IMG/VR virus record: IMGVR_UViG_3300021963_000057
Location: 1 to 64,000 of that record
Length of the DNA stretch: 64,000 nt
Reading direction: 5' to 3' (one strand)
Source: a virus
Under the pieces are notes generated by a model, which saw nothing but the letters and a program-made list of their open reading frames with translations, was not told where the DNA came from and made no database searches. This document shows, in pieces, positions 42,828 through 53,004 of this stretch. The position numbers and the translations under genes were made by a program. How positions within the stretch are numbered: position 1 is the first letter of the stretch; the number at the start of each line of letters is the position of its first letter.

Positions 42828-44090
42828 ATGGGAAAATTTAATCTGACAGACGCCGCTAAAGCAATTCTAACAGAAGGTGCAAAAGAAAATTTTGAAGCTT
42901 CTGTAAGCCGTGGCCACAAAGACGGTCCTTCAAAGTTGCCTACATCTGTTGCTTATGGCACTAAAGATGTTGGTGAAGTTGCAGGCGAAATCAAGAAGCA
43001 AGACGATGAGACTGGTGACTACACAAAAGGTACACCAACAGCAACACCTCCAGGTGCAACACCACCAGTTGGTTCACAACCTGCACAGAAGTTGTCTGGT
43101 CCTGCTGACTCACAAGGTTCTGAACACAAAGCTGTTCAAGCTGCAGCAACTGATTACAACGCAATTCGTGACCGTATCAAAGCTAAACTTGCTCCACAAA
43201 TGATGCAAGCAAATCCAGGTGCAACATTCCAATCTTATGCTGAAGAAGCAGAAGAAGAATCTGATGATGTTGTTGCTGAAGAAAAAGAAGGTCATGAAGA
43301 CTCAGCCGAAGACAAAAAAATGATTAAGGCCATGATGAAGAAACAAAAGATGAAAGAACAAATGGACCAAGACGTAGGTGCATTGCTTTCAGGTGAAGAC
43401 CTTTCAGAAGAATTCAAATCAAAAGCTACTACAATTTTCGAATCTGCCGTTGTTGCTCGTTCACAATCTATCATGGAAGAAGTTGAAGAAGCATTGTACG
43501 AAGAATTCGAAGTTGCTGTTGAAGCAGTTAAAGAAGATTTGGCTAAGAAGTTGGATGACTACATCAACTACATGGCTGAAGAATGGTTCAAAGAAAACCA
43601 ATTGGCAATCGAAAAAGGTCTACGTGCCGAAATCGTTGAAGATTTCATCCGTGGTCTAAAAGGTCTATTCGAAGAACACTATATTGACATTCCAGAAGAA
43701 AAAGTGGATGTTGTGGAAGAATTGACAACTAAGGTTGAAGAATTGGAATCTTCTATCAACGAAGAAATTTCACGTAACGTTGAAATGAAGAAACAAATTA
43801 ACGAGTTTAAAAAGAATGAGGCTATACATGCAGTATGTGAAGGCCTAACGCAGACACAAGTAGAGAAACTTAAATCACTCGCAGAGAGCGTTGAGTTTAC
43901 TACTGAAGAAGAATTTGGTCGCAAACTAGAAACATTGGTAGATTCATACTTCCAACAATCAGTTAAAGCACCAGTTAGTTCTGCCCTGAACGAAGCTGTT
44001 GAAGTTGAGGACGAAAAAGCACCATCGGCTGCTGTTGATCCTGCAATTGCACAGTACGCACAAATCATCTCTAAATCATTGGTTAAATAA
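42828..44090 (+). CDS. gp22: Prohead core scaffold protein gp22
   Basis: LSEEFKSKATTIFESAV, LDDYINY..EEW..EN.LAIE.GLR, LFEEHYIDIPEEK. Confidence 0.93.
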   Translation: MGKFNLTDAAKAILTEGAKENFEASVSRGHKDGPSKLPTSVAYGTKDVGEVAGEIKKQDDETGDYTKGTPTATPPGATPPVGSQPAQKLSGPADSQGSEHKAVQAAATDYNAIRDRIKAKLAPQMMQANPGATFQSYAEEAEEESDDVVAEEKEGHEDSAEDKKMIKAMMKKQKMKEQMDQDVGALLSGEDLSEEFKSKATTIFESAVVARSQSIMEEVEEALYEEFEVAVEAVKEDLAKKLDDYINYMAEEWFKENQLAIEKGLRAEIVEDFIRGLKGLFEEHYIDIPEEKVDVVEELTTKVEELESSINEEISRNVEMKKQINEFKKNEAIHAVCEGLTQTQVEKLKSLAESVEFTTEEEFGRKLETLVDSYFQQSVKAPVSSALNEAVEVEDEKAPSAAVDPAIAQYAQIISKSLVK

Positions 44091-44130
44091 ATAAAATTTA
44101 CCAACAAAAGATACTTACAAGGAGACACTC

Positions 44131-45477
44131 ATGTATCTAACAGAAGAACTACAAAAGAAATGGGCACCAGTGCTTGAGCACGAAGGCCTAGAGTCTATCA
44201 AAGACCCATACAAGAAAGCTGTTACAGCACTTGTTTTGGAAAACCAACAACGTGAAATGGCTGCTGCTGCACAACAGTTGAATGAAACTGCTGTTTCTGC
44301 TGCACCAACAAACGTTACAGGTTCTGGCATTTCTAACTACGATCCAATCTTGATTAGCTTGGTTCGCCGTGCATTGCCTAACTTGATTGCTTATGACGTT
44401 GCTGGCGTTCAGCCAATGACAGGACCTACAGGTCTTATCTTCGCAATGCGTGCTCGTTACGACACACAATCAGGTGGTCCATCAAATACAAACGAAGCAT
44501 TCTTCAACGAAGCAAATACAGAATTCTCTGGTGCATTGTCTACATCTAACCCATACGGTTTTCGTGGTAACAACGCAACTGACATCCGTACAAGCCCTGT
44601 TCAAGACTTGACTGCTAACCACTATACAACTGGTATCGCAATGACTACAGCAACTGCTGAAGCTTTGGGTGCTGATACAGATAGTCCTTTCAAACAAATG
44701 GCATTCTCAATTGAGAAAGTTACTGTTACTGCACAATCACGTGCTTTGAAGGCTGAATACTCTCTAGAACTTGCACAAGACTTGAAGGCAATTCATGGCT
44801 TGGACGCAGAAACAGAGTTGTCAAACATCCTTTCTACAGAAATTTTGTCTGAAATCAACCGTGAAGTTATCCGTACAATCTATACAACTGCTGTTGCAGG
44901 TGCTCAATATGGTACCACAACTGCTGGTGCATTTGACTTGGACACAGACTCTAACGGTCGTTGGTCAGTTGAACGTTTCAAAGGTTTGATTTTCCAAATC
45001 GAACGTGATGCTAACGTTATTGCAAAACAAACTCGTAGAGGTAAAGGTAACGTGATGATTGTATCATCTGACGTTGCTTCCGCTATGGCTATGGCTGGTG
45101 TTCTACAGTACACTCCTGCATTGTCTGCTGACTTGCAAGTTGATGACACTGGTAACACATTTGCTGGTATGTTGCACGGTCGTATCAAGGTCTACATCGA
45201 CCCATACTTCGGTGGTTACACATCTAACCAAGAATTGGTTACAATCGGTTATAAGGGTTCTTCTCCTTATGACGCTGGTCTATTCTACTGCCCATACGTT
45301 CCTCTACAAATGGTTCGTGCAGTTGACCAGTACACATTCCAACCAAAGATTGGTTTCAAGACTCGTTACGGCATGGTTGCAAACCCATTCGCAAACGGTC
45401 TTGCATCTGGCAACGGTGCATTGAACCCACGTACAAACGTGTACTACCGTATCTTCCAAGTTAAAAACTTGATGTAA
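44131..45477 (+). CDS. gp23: Major capsid protein gp23
   Basis: GVQPMTGPTGLIFAMR, SRALKAEYSLELAQDLKAIHGLDAE, FYCPYVPL, FQPKIGFKTRYG. Confidence 0.98.
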   Translation: MYLTEELQKKWAPVLEHEGLESIKDPYKKAVTALVLENQQREMAAAAQQLNETAVSAAPTNVTGSGISNYDPILISLVRRALPNLIAYDVAGVQPMTGPTGLIFAMRARYDTQSGGPSNTNEAFFNEANTEFSGALSTSNPYGFRGNNATDIRTSPVQDLTANHYTTGIAMTTATAEALGADTDSPFKQMAFSIEKVTVTAQSRALKAEYSLELAQDLKAIHGLDAETELSNILSTEILSEINREVIRTIYTTAVAGAQYGTTTAGAFDLDTDSNGRWSVERFKGLIFQIERDANVIAKQTRRGKGNVMIVSSDVASAMAMAGVLQYTPALSADLQVDDTGNTFAGMLHGRIKVYIDPYFGGYTSNQELVTIGYKGSSPYDAGLFYCPYVPLQMVRAVDQYTFQPKIGFKTRYGMVANPFANGLASGNGALNPRTNVYYRIFQVKNLM

Positions 45478-45506
45478 GATAAAAAGTCACCGCAGAGTGA
45501 TATTTT

Positions 45507-45534
45507 AAGACCACCTTCGGGTGGTCTTTTTTTT
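45507..45534 (+). terminator. Intrinsic terminator after gp23
   Basis: AAGACCACC-TTCG-GGTGGTCTT plus T run (UUCG tetraloop). Confidence 0.9.
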
Positions 45535-45563
45535 GGCTCCTAAATACTGATAGAGGAGATAAA

Positions 45564-46076
45564 ATGACAGCACTAAACAGAAGTCCTGAAAATACAAACC
45601 TATTACAACCAACAAAGTTTTTGTTGACATTTGACAGAATTAGAACCACACAATATTTCTGCCAAACAGTTAATCTTCCTGGTGTAAGTTTGGGTGAAGT
45701 AAGTAGGGCAACACCATTCTTGGATATGTTTTCACCTGGCACTAAACTAACATACGATCCATTGGTCGTAGAGTTTATATTGGATGAAGAATTGCAAGGA
45801 TGGAAAAATTTGTATGATTGGTTCTTGTCTATGGCTGATCCAAATGGTTTTGAAAAACGTGACGGTAGTAGAGAACTACAAATGAATAAACATTTTTCGG
45901 ATGCTACTTTAACTGTGTTGAGTGGATTAAATAATCCTTTGTTGAGAATACAATATGTTAACGTATTTCCATTGAGTATTGGAGATATTAGATTTGATAC
46001 CACACAATCTGCGGATACAATATTGACCGCAACGGCAACATTTAGATATCAATCATATACATACTTGACAGTTTAA
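45564..46076 (+). CDS. gp3: Tail completion/sheath stabiliser gp3
   Basis: NLLQPTKF, YFCQ.VNLPG, PG.KL.YDPL, SDATL; canonical position between gp23 and uvsY. Confidence 0.85.
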   Translation: MTALNRSPENTNLLQPTKFLLTFDRIRTTQYFCQTVNLPGVSLGEVSRATPFLDMFSPGTKLTYDPLVVEFILDEELQGWKNLYDWFLSMADPNGFEKRDGSRELQMNKHFSDATLTVLSGLNNPLLRIQYVNVFPLSIGDIRFDTTQSADTILTATATFRYQSYTYLTV

Positions 46077-46093
46077 TCATTTTGTGTTATAAT
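46065..46093 (+). promoter_or_regulatory. sigma70-type promoter for uvsY
   Basis: TTGACA(46065)-17 nt-TATAAT(46088) with extended -10 TG. Confidence 0.8.
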
Positions 46094-46160
46094 GTTTTGA
46101 ATAGATAGAATGACATTAAGTTGTTGATTCTAAAGAATAATTTGATATATTTGAATAGAT

Positions 46161-46595
46161 ATGGAAACACTTGAACAAGTTTTAAAAATGTGGGAATCGG
46201 ATGCGGTTATAGACCAAACCGAGCCATCTAAAGAACTACTAAACATTCCCAAATATCATAGTAAGTATCTTGGCATTCTTACTAAACATAAAATTGCATC
46301 AAAGAAAGCACACTTTGATTATCTACGTATGCGTAAAGTAAAATGGGAATACTTTACTGGCAAAATGTCCGAAGAAGAATTGGAACAATACGGTTGGGAA
46401 CCATTCCAGTTTGCACTCAAATCGGATATCAATACTTACCTAGAAGCAGACAAAGACCTTATCAAGTTGCTTGAGAAGAAGGTCTACCACGAAGAAGTTA
46501 TTTCTGTAATCGAATCCGTGTTAGCAGAACTTAAACAAAGAACGTGGCAGTTAAGAGATTTTATTTCTTGGGAGAAATTCGTTGCCGGACAATAA
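46161..46595 (+). CDS. uvsY: Recombination mediator UvsY
   Basis: IPKYHSKYL, WEYFTGK, YLEADKDL, W.KF; upstream of uvsW. Confidence 0.88.
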   Translation: METLEQVLKMWESDAVIDQTEPSKELLNIPKYHSKYLGILTKHKIASKKAHFDYLRMRKVKWEYFTGKMSEEELEQYGWEPFQFALKSDINTYLEADKDLIKLLEKKVYHEEVISVIESVLAELKQRTWQLRDFISWEKFVAGQ

Positions 46596-46752
46596 TATAC
46601 TATCAATTTCAATTGATACATTAAACCTTTTTTCTTTTATGGTTGGCATGTTTTTTGCTGCAACCATGTGGAGAACTAGGGCTTTATATTATGTCGTTTT
46701 TTATTTTGTGTGTTTGGCATTATATTACGGTTTGAGATATCATTATGGTTGA
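46582..46752 (+). CDS. Unannotated 56-aa putative two-TM membrane protein
   Basis: TTG start after GGAG (46571); MPDNNILSISIDTLNLFSFMVGMFFAATMWRTRALYYVVFYFVCLALYYGLRYHYG*; overlaps the uvsY stop and the uvsW start. Confidence 0.55.
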   Translation: MPDNNILSISIDTLNLFSFMVGMFFAATMWRTRALYYVVFYFVCLALYYGLRYHYG

Positions 46753-48232
46753 ACACATTACAATAACAAAAGTAAATGAGGTGTACGGCAAAGTGGTCTG
46801 TGAACGCCACGTTGCAAGGGAACTGTCAGAATACTTCACGTTCTTTGTACCTGGTTATCAGTTCGTTCCAGCCTATCGGAATCGCATTTGGGATGGTAAG
46901 ATTCGTCTATTCAATCTACAGACCAGTCAACTATATCTTGGATTGATTCCATATCTTACAGAGTTTTGTGATGAACGTGAGTATGCATACTCGCATGACC
47001 TGATTGAAGATGAATATTCTGTGTATCATGCACACAAGTTCTTTGATACTTTGAATCTACATTCAAATGGTAAACCAATCGGTGTCAGAGAACATCAACA
47101 AAATGCGTTTATTGAAGCAATACAGAAACGTAGAACCTTATTGTTGTCACCAACCGCATCAGGCAAATCACTTATCATATACTTGTTGTTTAGACAATTA
47201 TTGGATTATCAAGACCTGAAAGGTTTAATTATTGTACCGACAACATCATTGGTAGAACAGTTGTACACAGACTTCCAAGATTATTCAAGTGAAAATGGTT
47301 TTGATGTTGAAGATAATGTACACAGAATCTACCAAGGTAAAGATAAAGTAACTGATAAAAAACTTACAATATCCACTTGGCAATCATTGTACAAACTTCC
47401 ACCAGAGTATTTTCAACAGTTCGATTATGTGATTGGTGATGAGGCACACCTATTCAAGGCACAGTCTTTAACATCTATACTGACAGCCTGTGTTAATGCC
47501 AAATACCGAGTTGGTCTTACTGGAACTTTGGACGGAACCAAAACACACAAACTGGTATTAGAAGGTTTATTTGGCCCAACTAAAAAGGTTATCACCACCA
47601 AAGAGTTGATTGATAAGAAACAATTATCTCCATTTAATATCAAGTGTTTGGTGTTGAAACATTCTGATGAGATTTGTCAAGAAATGAAAGACAAGTCTTA
47701 TCCAGATGAATTGAAATTTTTAATTGAATCTGAAAATCGAAATCGTTTTATTCGTAACTTAGCCGTAAGTTTGAACAAGAACACGTTGGTGTTGTTTCAA
47801 ATGAAGAAGCATGGTAAGTTACTTTACGAAATGATTAAAGAAAAGGCAATTGGCCGAAATGTATTCTTTGTTGACGGTGACGTTGAAACGGATGTCAGAG
47901 AAGAAATACGCAGACTCATGGAGATATCCGAAAACGCCATCTTTGTGGCATCGTTTGGTACAACAAGTACCGGTATCAACATCAAAAACTTACACAATAT
48001 CATATTCACATCGCCGTCAAAATCGAGAGTTAGAAATTTACAATCTATTGGCCGTGGATTAAGGCAATCTGATAACAAAGAGATTGCAACACTTTATGAT
48101 ATTGCAGACGACTTAAGAATCAAAAAACACACAAACTTTACTTTACAACACTTCGTTGAAAGAGTGAAGATATATAATGAAGAACAGTTCTCTTTTAAGA
48201 TTTACAATATAGGACTAAAAAATGGCAGTTAA
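46745..48232 (+). CDS. uvsW: DNA helicase UvsW
   Basis: WDGKIRLF, SPTASGKS, DEAH, GLTGT, LQSIGRGLR. Confidence 0.96.
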   Translation: MVEHITITKVNEVYGKVVCERHVARELSEYFTFFVPGYQFVPAYRNRIWDGKIRLFNLQTSQLYLGLIPYLTEFCDEREYAYSHDLIEDEYSVYHAHKFFDTLNLHSNGKPIGVREHQQNAFIEAIQKRRTLLLSPTASGKSLIIYLLFRQLLDYQDLKGLIIVPTTSLVEQLYTDFQDYSSENGFDVEDNVHRIYQGKDKVTDKKLTISTWQSLYKLPPEYFQQFDYVIGDEAHLFKAQSLTSILTACVNAKYRVGLTGTLDGTKTHKLVLEGLFGPTKKVITTKELIDKKQLSPFNIKCLVLKHSDEICQEMKDKSYPDELKFLIESENRNRFIRNLAVSLNKNTLVLFQMKKHGKLLYEMIKEKAIGRNVFFVDGDVETDVREEIRRLMEISENAIFVASFGTTSTGINIKNLHNIIFTSPSKSRVRNLQSIGRGLRQSDNKEIATLYDIADDLRIKKHTNFTLQHFVERVKIYNEEQFSFKIYNIGLKNGS

Positions 48233-48572
48233 AATTTTACGTTTAAAAGATGGTCTGGATATAATCTGTGACTGCATTTTTGAAAAAGATAACAAAGTGG
48301 TGATTGACAATCCCATGTTGTTTGAACTCAGAGGCATGAATCTGGTATTGCAATACTGGTTACCAATGGCCGTAATGAAAGGTGAATCTGTTGAGATGAG
48401 AATGGATAACATTCTCTGCACGATGGATCCAACCGATGATTTTGAAGAATACTATTCAATGTCTGTTATTAGATTGAAAGACTCTGAGAGAAAAGAAAGA
48501 GAAGTGGATCTCAACGATGAGATACTAGCAGCTTTCGAAGAAAAGGAAATTGGTAAATCCTTAATACATTAA
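48222..48572 (+). CDS. Conserved hypothetical protein (uvsW-gp55 interval)
   Basis: VKILRLKDGLDII N-terminus; conserved position. Confidence 0.7.
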   Translation: MAVKILRLKDGLDIICDCIFEKDNKVVIDNPMLFELRGMNLVLQYWLPMAVMKGESVEMRMDNILCTMDPTDDFEEYYSMSVIRLKDSERKEREVDLNDEILAAFEEKEIGKSLIH

Positions 48573-48593
48573 TATCATAGGGGGACACCGTGG

Positions 48594-48622
48594 ACTATAT
48601 CACATGTCAAGCCCTTTGTCAA
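48594..48622 (-). promoter_or_regulatory. Antisense sigma70-type promoter upstream of gp55
   Basis: Minus strand: TTGACA (48622-48617)-17 nt-TATAGT (48599-48594) with extended -10 TG; a second TTGACA at 48610-48605. Confidence 0.6.
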
Positions 48623-48644
48623 CAACTTTTTATGGTACATTTGA

Positions 48645-49190
48645 ATGAGTAAACAGAAACATTATATAAACAATGCAGACTTCCTAAAGGCACTTGTCGA
48701 TTACAAGACCAGATGCGTAGAGGCCGAACAGGCTGGCAAACCAAAACCAAACATTCCCAATTACATTGGTGAATGCTTTATGAAAATTGCCGAAGGTCTA
48801 TCACACAAACCAAACTTCATCAACTACACTTACCGTGACGAAATGATTTCCGATGGTATTGAAAACTGCTTGATGTACTTTGAGAACTTTGACCCGTCTA
48901 AGTCTAACAATCCATTTGCCTATTTTACACAAGTTATCTACTTTGCATTCCTACGTAGAATACAAAAAGAAAAGAAACAACTATACGTCAAGTACAAGGC
49001 CACAGAGATGTATGGTATTCTGGATGAATTTGAAATGTTAGAATCGGAAGATGGTAGTACCAAACAATTCGAACTATATGAAAATATTGCAGAGTTCATT
49101 GAAACATATGAAGATGCCAGAAAAACTAAGAAGGCTGGCAAAGACGCTGCAAAGAAACCAAAAGGGCTTGAAAAATTTATTGAGGAGTGA
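48645..49190 (+). CDS. gp55: Late-transcription sigma factor gp55
   Basis: HYINNADF, YIGECFMKIA..LS.KPNFINYTYRDEMISDGIENC, NPFAYFTQ..AFLRRI.KEKKQ. Confidence 0.96.
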   Translation: MSKQKHYINNADFLKALVDYKTRCVEAEQAGKPKPNIPNYIGECFMKIAEGLSHKPNFINYTYRDEMISDGIENCLMYFENFDPSKSNNPFAYFTQVIYFAFLRRIQKEKKQLYVKYKATEMYGILDEFEMLESEDGSTKQFELYENIAEFIETYEDARKTKKAGKDAAKKPKGLEKFIEE

Positions 49191-49194
49191 TATA

Positions 49195-49635
49195 ATGAAA
49201 GTTGGATTTACTTGTTCCACTTTTGATTTGTTTCATGCTGGGCATATTATAATGCTCAAGGAAGCCAAACAACAGTGTGATTATCTTATAGTTGGATTAC
49301 AAACTGACCCCACTATTGATAGACCAAAAGAAAAGAACAGACCGGTTCAAAGCATTTTTGAAAGGTATGTACAACTACAGGCCTGCAAATATGTGGATGA
49401 AATTGTGGTTTATGCCACGGAAAAAGACCTGTTGGATATATTGCTTTCTTTTCCAATTAATGTTAGAATCTTAGGTGATGAGTATGAAAGCAAAACCTTT
49501 ACTGGTAGACAAGAGTGTATGAATAAAGGTATAAAATTTTACTTTAATAAACGTGAACACACCTTCTCAACAACAGAGTTGAGGCAAAGAGTTGTGGATG
49601 CGGAAGCAGAAAAGTTGATGAAAAATATAGTATGA
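49195..49635 (+). CDS. Glycerol-3-phosphate cytidylyltransferase-like (TagD family)
   Basis: Probable start ATG 49195 after GAGGAG; FDLFHAGH (HxGH), LIVGLQTDP, R.H.FSTT.LR. Confidence 0.85.
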   Translation: MKVGFTCSTFDLFHAGHIIMLKEAKQQCDYLIVGLQTDPTIDRPKEKNRPVQSIFERYVQLQACKYVDEIVVYATEKDLLDILLSFPINVRILGDEYESKTFTGRQECMNKGIKFYFNKREHTFSTTELRQRVVDAEAEKLMKNIV

Positions 49636-50699
49636 AAGTTGCGATAATTACCGACCAACATTTTGGTGCCAGAAACGATTCAACATTGTTTTTGGATTTC
49701 TTTGAGAAGTTTTATAAAGAGACTTTCTTTCCGGCCTTGGTAAAAGAAAAAATTGATACCGTACTTATTCTTGGTGATACGTTTGACCGTAGAAAGTATG
49801 TTAACTTCTTCTCATTGAAACGTGCCAAACAAATGTTCTTTGACCCGTTGTTTGACTTGGGCATTCAAGTGCATATGTTGGCCGGTAACCACGACACATA
49901 CTTTAAAAATACCAACGATGTTAATTCTGCCGACTTGTTGTTAGGTGAATACGGTATTACACTAAATGTTATTGACCATCCAACCGAAATATATGTTGGA
50001 CCACATAAGATTTGTATGATGCCTTGGATTTGTCCCGAGAATTATGAAGATTCTTTAGAGACATTGAAAGAGACCGATGCAAAGTTTTGTATGGGTCATT
50101 TTGAAATTGCAGGCTTTGCCATGTATCGTGGTATGCCATCTGAAGGAGGGTTAGACCGTGGTATTTTTAGGAAGTTTAGTCACACTTTTAGTGGTCATTA
50201 CCATCACAAATCTTCTAGTGATGATATCTACTATTTGGGCAATCCATACGAACTTACTTGGCAGGATTATAATGACCCTCGGGGTTTTCATTTGTTTGAC
50301 TTGGATACTCACCAACTTGAATTCATAGAAAATCCAAATAAAATGTTCCATCGTATTATTTACGATGACAAAGAACAATCTATCAAAGAGATTGACGGTA
50401 AAGATTTAAAACCATACACAAACACATATGTTAAAGTGGTTGTAATTAATAAAAACAACCCGTATTTGTTTGACAAATTCATGAATAACCTGTATAATGT
50501 AAACCCTGCTGATATTACTATTGCAGAAGATTTTACAGAATTAGAAGATGGTGATGAAGCGATTGATGAAGCCGAAGACACACTCACCATATTAAACAAG
50601 TATGTTGATGGTATTACGGAAGAAAGTATTGACAACGACAAGTTGAAAACATTATTGAAAGAACTCTACGTAGAGGCATTGAATACTGAACAAGCATGA
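49632..50699 (+). CDS. gp47: Recombination endonuclease subunit gp47 (SbcD/Mre11-like)
   Basis: DQHFG, GDTFD, GNHD, GHFE, SGHYH, YLGNPY. Confidence 0.95.
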   Translation: MKVAIITDQHFGARNDSTLFLDFFEKFYKETFFPALVKEKIDTVLILGDTFDRRKYVNFFSLKRAKQMFFDPLFDLGIQVHMLAGNHDTYFKNTNDVNSADLLLGEYGITLNVIDHPTEIYVGPHKICMMPWICPENYEDSLETLKETDAKFCMGHFEIAGFAMYRGMPSEGGLDRGIFRKFSHTFSGHYHHKSSSDDIYYLGNPYELTWQDYNDPRGFHLFDLDTHQLEFIENPNKMFHRIIYDDKEQSIKEIDGKDLKPYTNTYVKVVVINKNNPYLFDKFMNNLYNVNPADITIAEDFTELEDGDEAIDEAEDTLTILNKYVDGITEESIDNDKLKTLLKELYVEALNTEQA

Positions 50700-52414
50700 T
50701 TTTATTCCAAAAGATTAAGTGGAAGAATTTTCTATCCACTGGAGCACACTTTACTGAAATTGATTTTACCAAGTCCAATAACACATTGATTATTGGTCAC
50801 AATGGCGCAGGCAAGTCCACAATTTTGGATGCATTATGTTTTGGATTGTTTGGTAAACCTTTTCGTAAGATTAACAAGCCACAATTACTCAACTCTGTCA
50901 ACGGCAAAGAAGCCGTTGTAGAAGTTCATTTCAATATTGGACAAAAAAGATACAAAGTAATTCGTGGTATTAAACCAAATGTATTTGAAATTTATCTGAA
51001 TGATGTATTGCTGAACCAAGATGCAGCTGCAAAAGACTATCAAGAGATACTAGAGAATAATATTCTCAAACTAAATTACAAGTCCTTTACGCAGGTTGTC
51101 ATTCTTGGTTCAGCATCATTTGTTCCGTTCATGCAGTTATCGGCATCTGACCGTAGAGCAATCATTGAAGACCTACTAGACATTCAAATTTTTTCCTCAA
51201 TGAACAATGTTATCAAGGAGAAGAACTCGGCCATCAAAGAAGAATTGAATAAAACCAAGTATGCAATTTCTCTTACCGAAGAAAAGATAACTCTACAAAA
51301 ACAAAACATCGAAGAACATAAAAAGAACCATGATGCAGAAATTAAACGCAAACAGGAAGAAATAGAAAAATCAAAAACTCAAATGAGTACATTGCAAAGT
51401 GATATTCAGTTGATTAATAAACATATTGCGGTATTACAGAATAGGGTTGGTGATAAGAAAGAGAAGCTGGATAAAAAATCCAAGAGTCTATTTCAAATCA
51501 AAGGTAAAGTGCAAACTAATATTGACCGAAACCAAAAGGAGATTGACTTCTATGAAAACAACCACGATTGTCCAACTTGCAAACAGTCTATCACACCTGA
51601 GTGGAAAGATTCTCAAGTACAAGAAAAGTCAGAGAAAATCACTACACAAAAAACTGGATTGGTTGAGATTGAACAGGAACTAACCAAAGTAACTGCCGAA
51701 ATCAAATTAATAACAGATATACTTTCGCATATCAGTGAACATAATGGTGAAGTTATTAAACATACTTCTACCATATCAGCAATAAACAACTACATCACCA
51801 AGTTGAATACTGAGATTGATGAGTTGACTAAGAAACAAACCAACACAGAAGGTAGTGACCAAAAGTTAACTGAATTGAATACTGCACTGGAAGAACACCG
51901 TAAAGCTTATGAAGTGAGTTTGACCGAAAAACATTACCATGAATTTGCAGGTACTTTGTTGAAAGATGGCGGCATTAAGACACGTATCATTAAACAATAT
52001 TTGCCAATTATGAATAAGTTGATTAACAAGTACCTGAAAGCCATGGACTTCTTTGTCAACTTTAACATCAACGAAAACTTTGAAGAAACAATTAAGAGTA
52101 GACACCGTGATGACTTCTCTTATGCCAATTTTTCGGAAGGTGAAAAAATGCGTATTGATTTGGCACTATTGTTTACTTGGCGACAGATTGCCAAACTAAA
52201 GAATAGTACGAATACAAATTTGTTGATACTTGATGAAGTGTTTGATTCTAGCCTTGATACCGTAGGTACTGAAGAATTTCTGAAGTTGATACAAGAAATG
52301 GGTGCAGATACGAACGTGTTTGTTATCTCACATAAAGGCGACCAACTGTTCGATAAGTTCCGTTCGGTTATTAAATTTGAAAAGAAAAATAATTTTTCAA
52401 GGATTGCAAAATGA
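50696..52414 (+). CDS. gp46: Recombination endonuclease subunit gp46 (SbcC/Rad50-like)
   Basis: GHNGAGKST, CPTC hook, FSEGEK, LILDEVFDSSLD, ISHK. Confidence 0.96.
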   Translation: MILFQKIKWKNFLSTGAHFTEIDFTKSNNTLIIGHNGAGKSTILDALCFGLFGKPFRKINKPQLLNSVNGKEAVVEVHFNIGQKRYKVIRGIKPNVFEIYLNDVLLNQDAAAKDYQEILENNILKLNYKSFTQVVILGSASFVPFMQLSASDRRAIIEDLLDIQIFSSMNNVIKEKNSAIKEELNKTKYAISLTEEKITLQKQNIEEHKKNHDAEIKRKQEEIEKSKTQMSTLQSDIQLINKHIAVLQNRVGDKKEKLDKKSKSLFQIKGKVQTNIDRNQKEIDFYENNHDCPTCKQSITPEWKDSQVQEKSEKITTQKTGLVEIEQELTKVTAEIKLITDILSHISEHNGEVIKHTSTISAINNYITKLNTEIDELTKKQTNTEGSDQKLTELNTALEEHRKAYEVSLTEKHYHEFAGTLLKDGGIKTRIIKQYLPIMNKLINKYLKAMDFFVNFNINENFEETIKSRHRDDFSYANFSEGEKMRIDLALLFTWRQIAKLKNSTNTNLLILDEVFDSSLDTVGTEEFLKLIQEMGADTNVFVISHKGDQLFDKFRSVIKFEKKNNFSRIAK

Positions 52415-53004
52415 ATACAGAAGATATTGTCTTATATAACACAGAAGAAACGATTAAGGTTGCACCGACAGCCGAAAAGGTTGAAACGTTTGACTTGGTA
52501 CCGCCAGACCATCCAGCACTTTACAAAGTCCTACCAGAGTTTGATTTTGAAAATGCACCAATCAATCCAAATAGTTTTGCATCTACATTGGTGGAGACTT
52601 GTAGAAAACATCATGGTATTGGTCTATCTGCAAATCAATGTGGTTTTGAATACCGTGTTTTTGTTATGGGTGCCGGTGAAGAATATGTGGCATATTTCAA
52701 TCCAAAAATCATTTCATCAAGTGGCGAAAAACACATGGAAGAAGGATGCCTTTCATTTCCTTTCTTAAATCTCCACATTACCAGACCAGAAACTGTAGAG
52801 GTTGAATACCAGGATTTCACAGGTGAGAAACGTACCAAAACTTTTAATGGCATATCTGCAAGATGTTTTCTTCATGAGCTTGACCACATGAACGGGATAG
52901 TGTATACTAGTCGTGTAAAACCACTTGCGTTACAATTTGGTTTGAAAAAGTTGGATAAAATTAGACGCAAGTACTTTAACCCTAAGAAAACCAAAAGAAC
53001 TTAA
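52411..53004 (+). CDS. def: Peptide deformylase
   Basis: GIGLSANQ, EGCLS and HELDH catalytic motifs. Confidence 0.93.
   Translation: MNTEDIVLYNTEETIKVAPTAEKVETFDLVPPDHPALYKVLPEFDFENAPINPNSFASTLVETCRKHHGIGLSANQCGFEYRVFVMGAGEEYVAYFNPKIISSSGEKHMEEGCLSFPFLNLHITRPETVEVEYQDFTGEKRTKTFNGISARCFLHELDHMNGIVYTSRVKPLALQFGLKKLDKIRRKYFNPKKTKRT

Noticed and set aside
45461-46003. 180-aa minus-strand ORF
   Set aside because: Antisense to gp3 and runs through the gp23 terminator; no protein features.
35513-52414. Introns, inteins or homing endonucleases in gp17, gp20, gp23, uvsW, gp46/47
   Set aside because: All are uninterrupted and of normal length; no HNH, GIY-YIG, LAGLIDADG or intein motifs seen.
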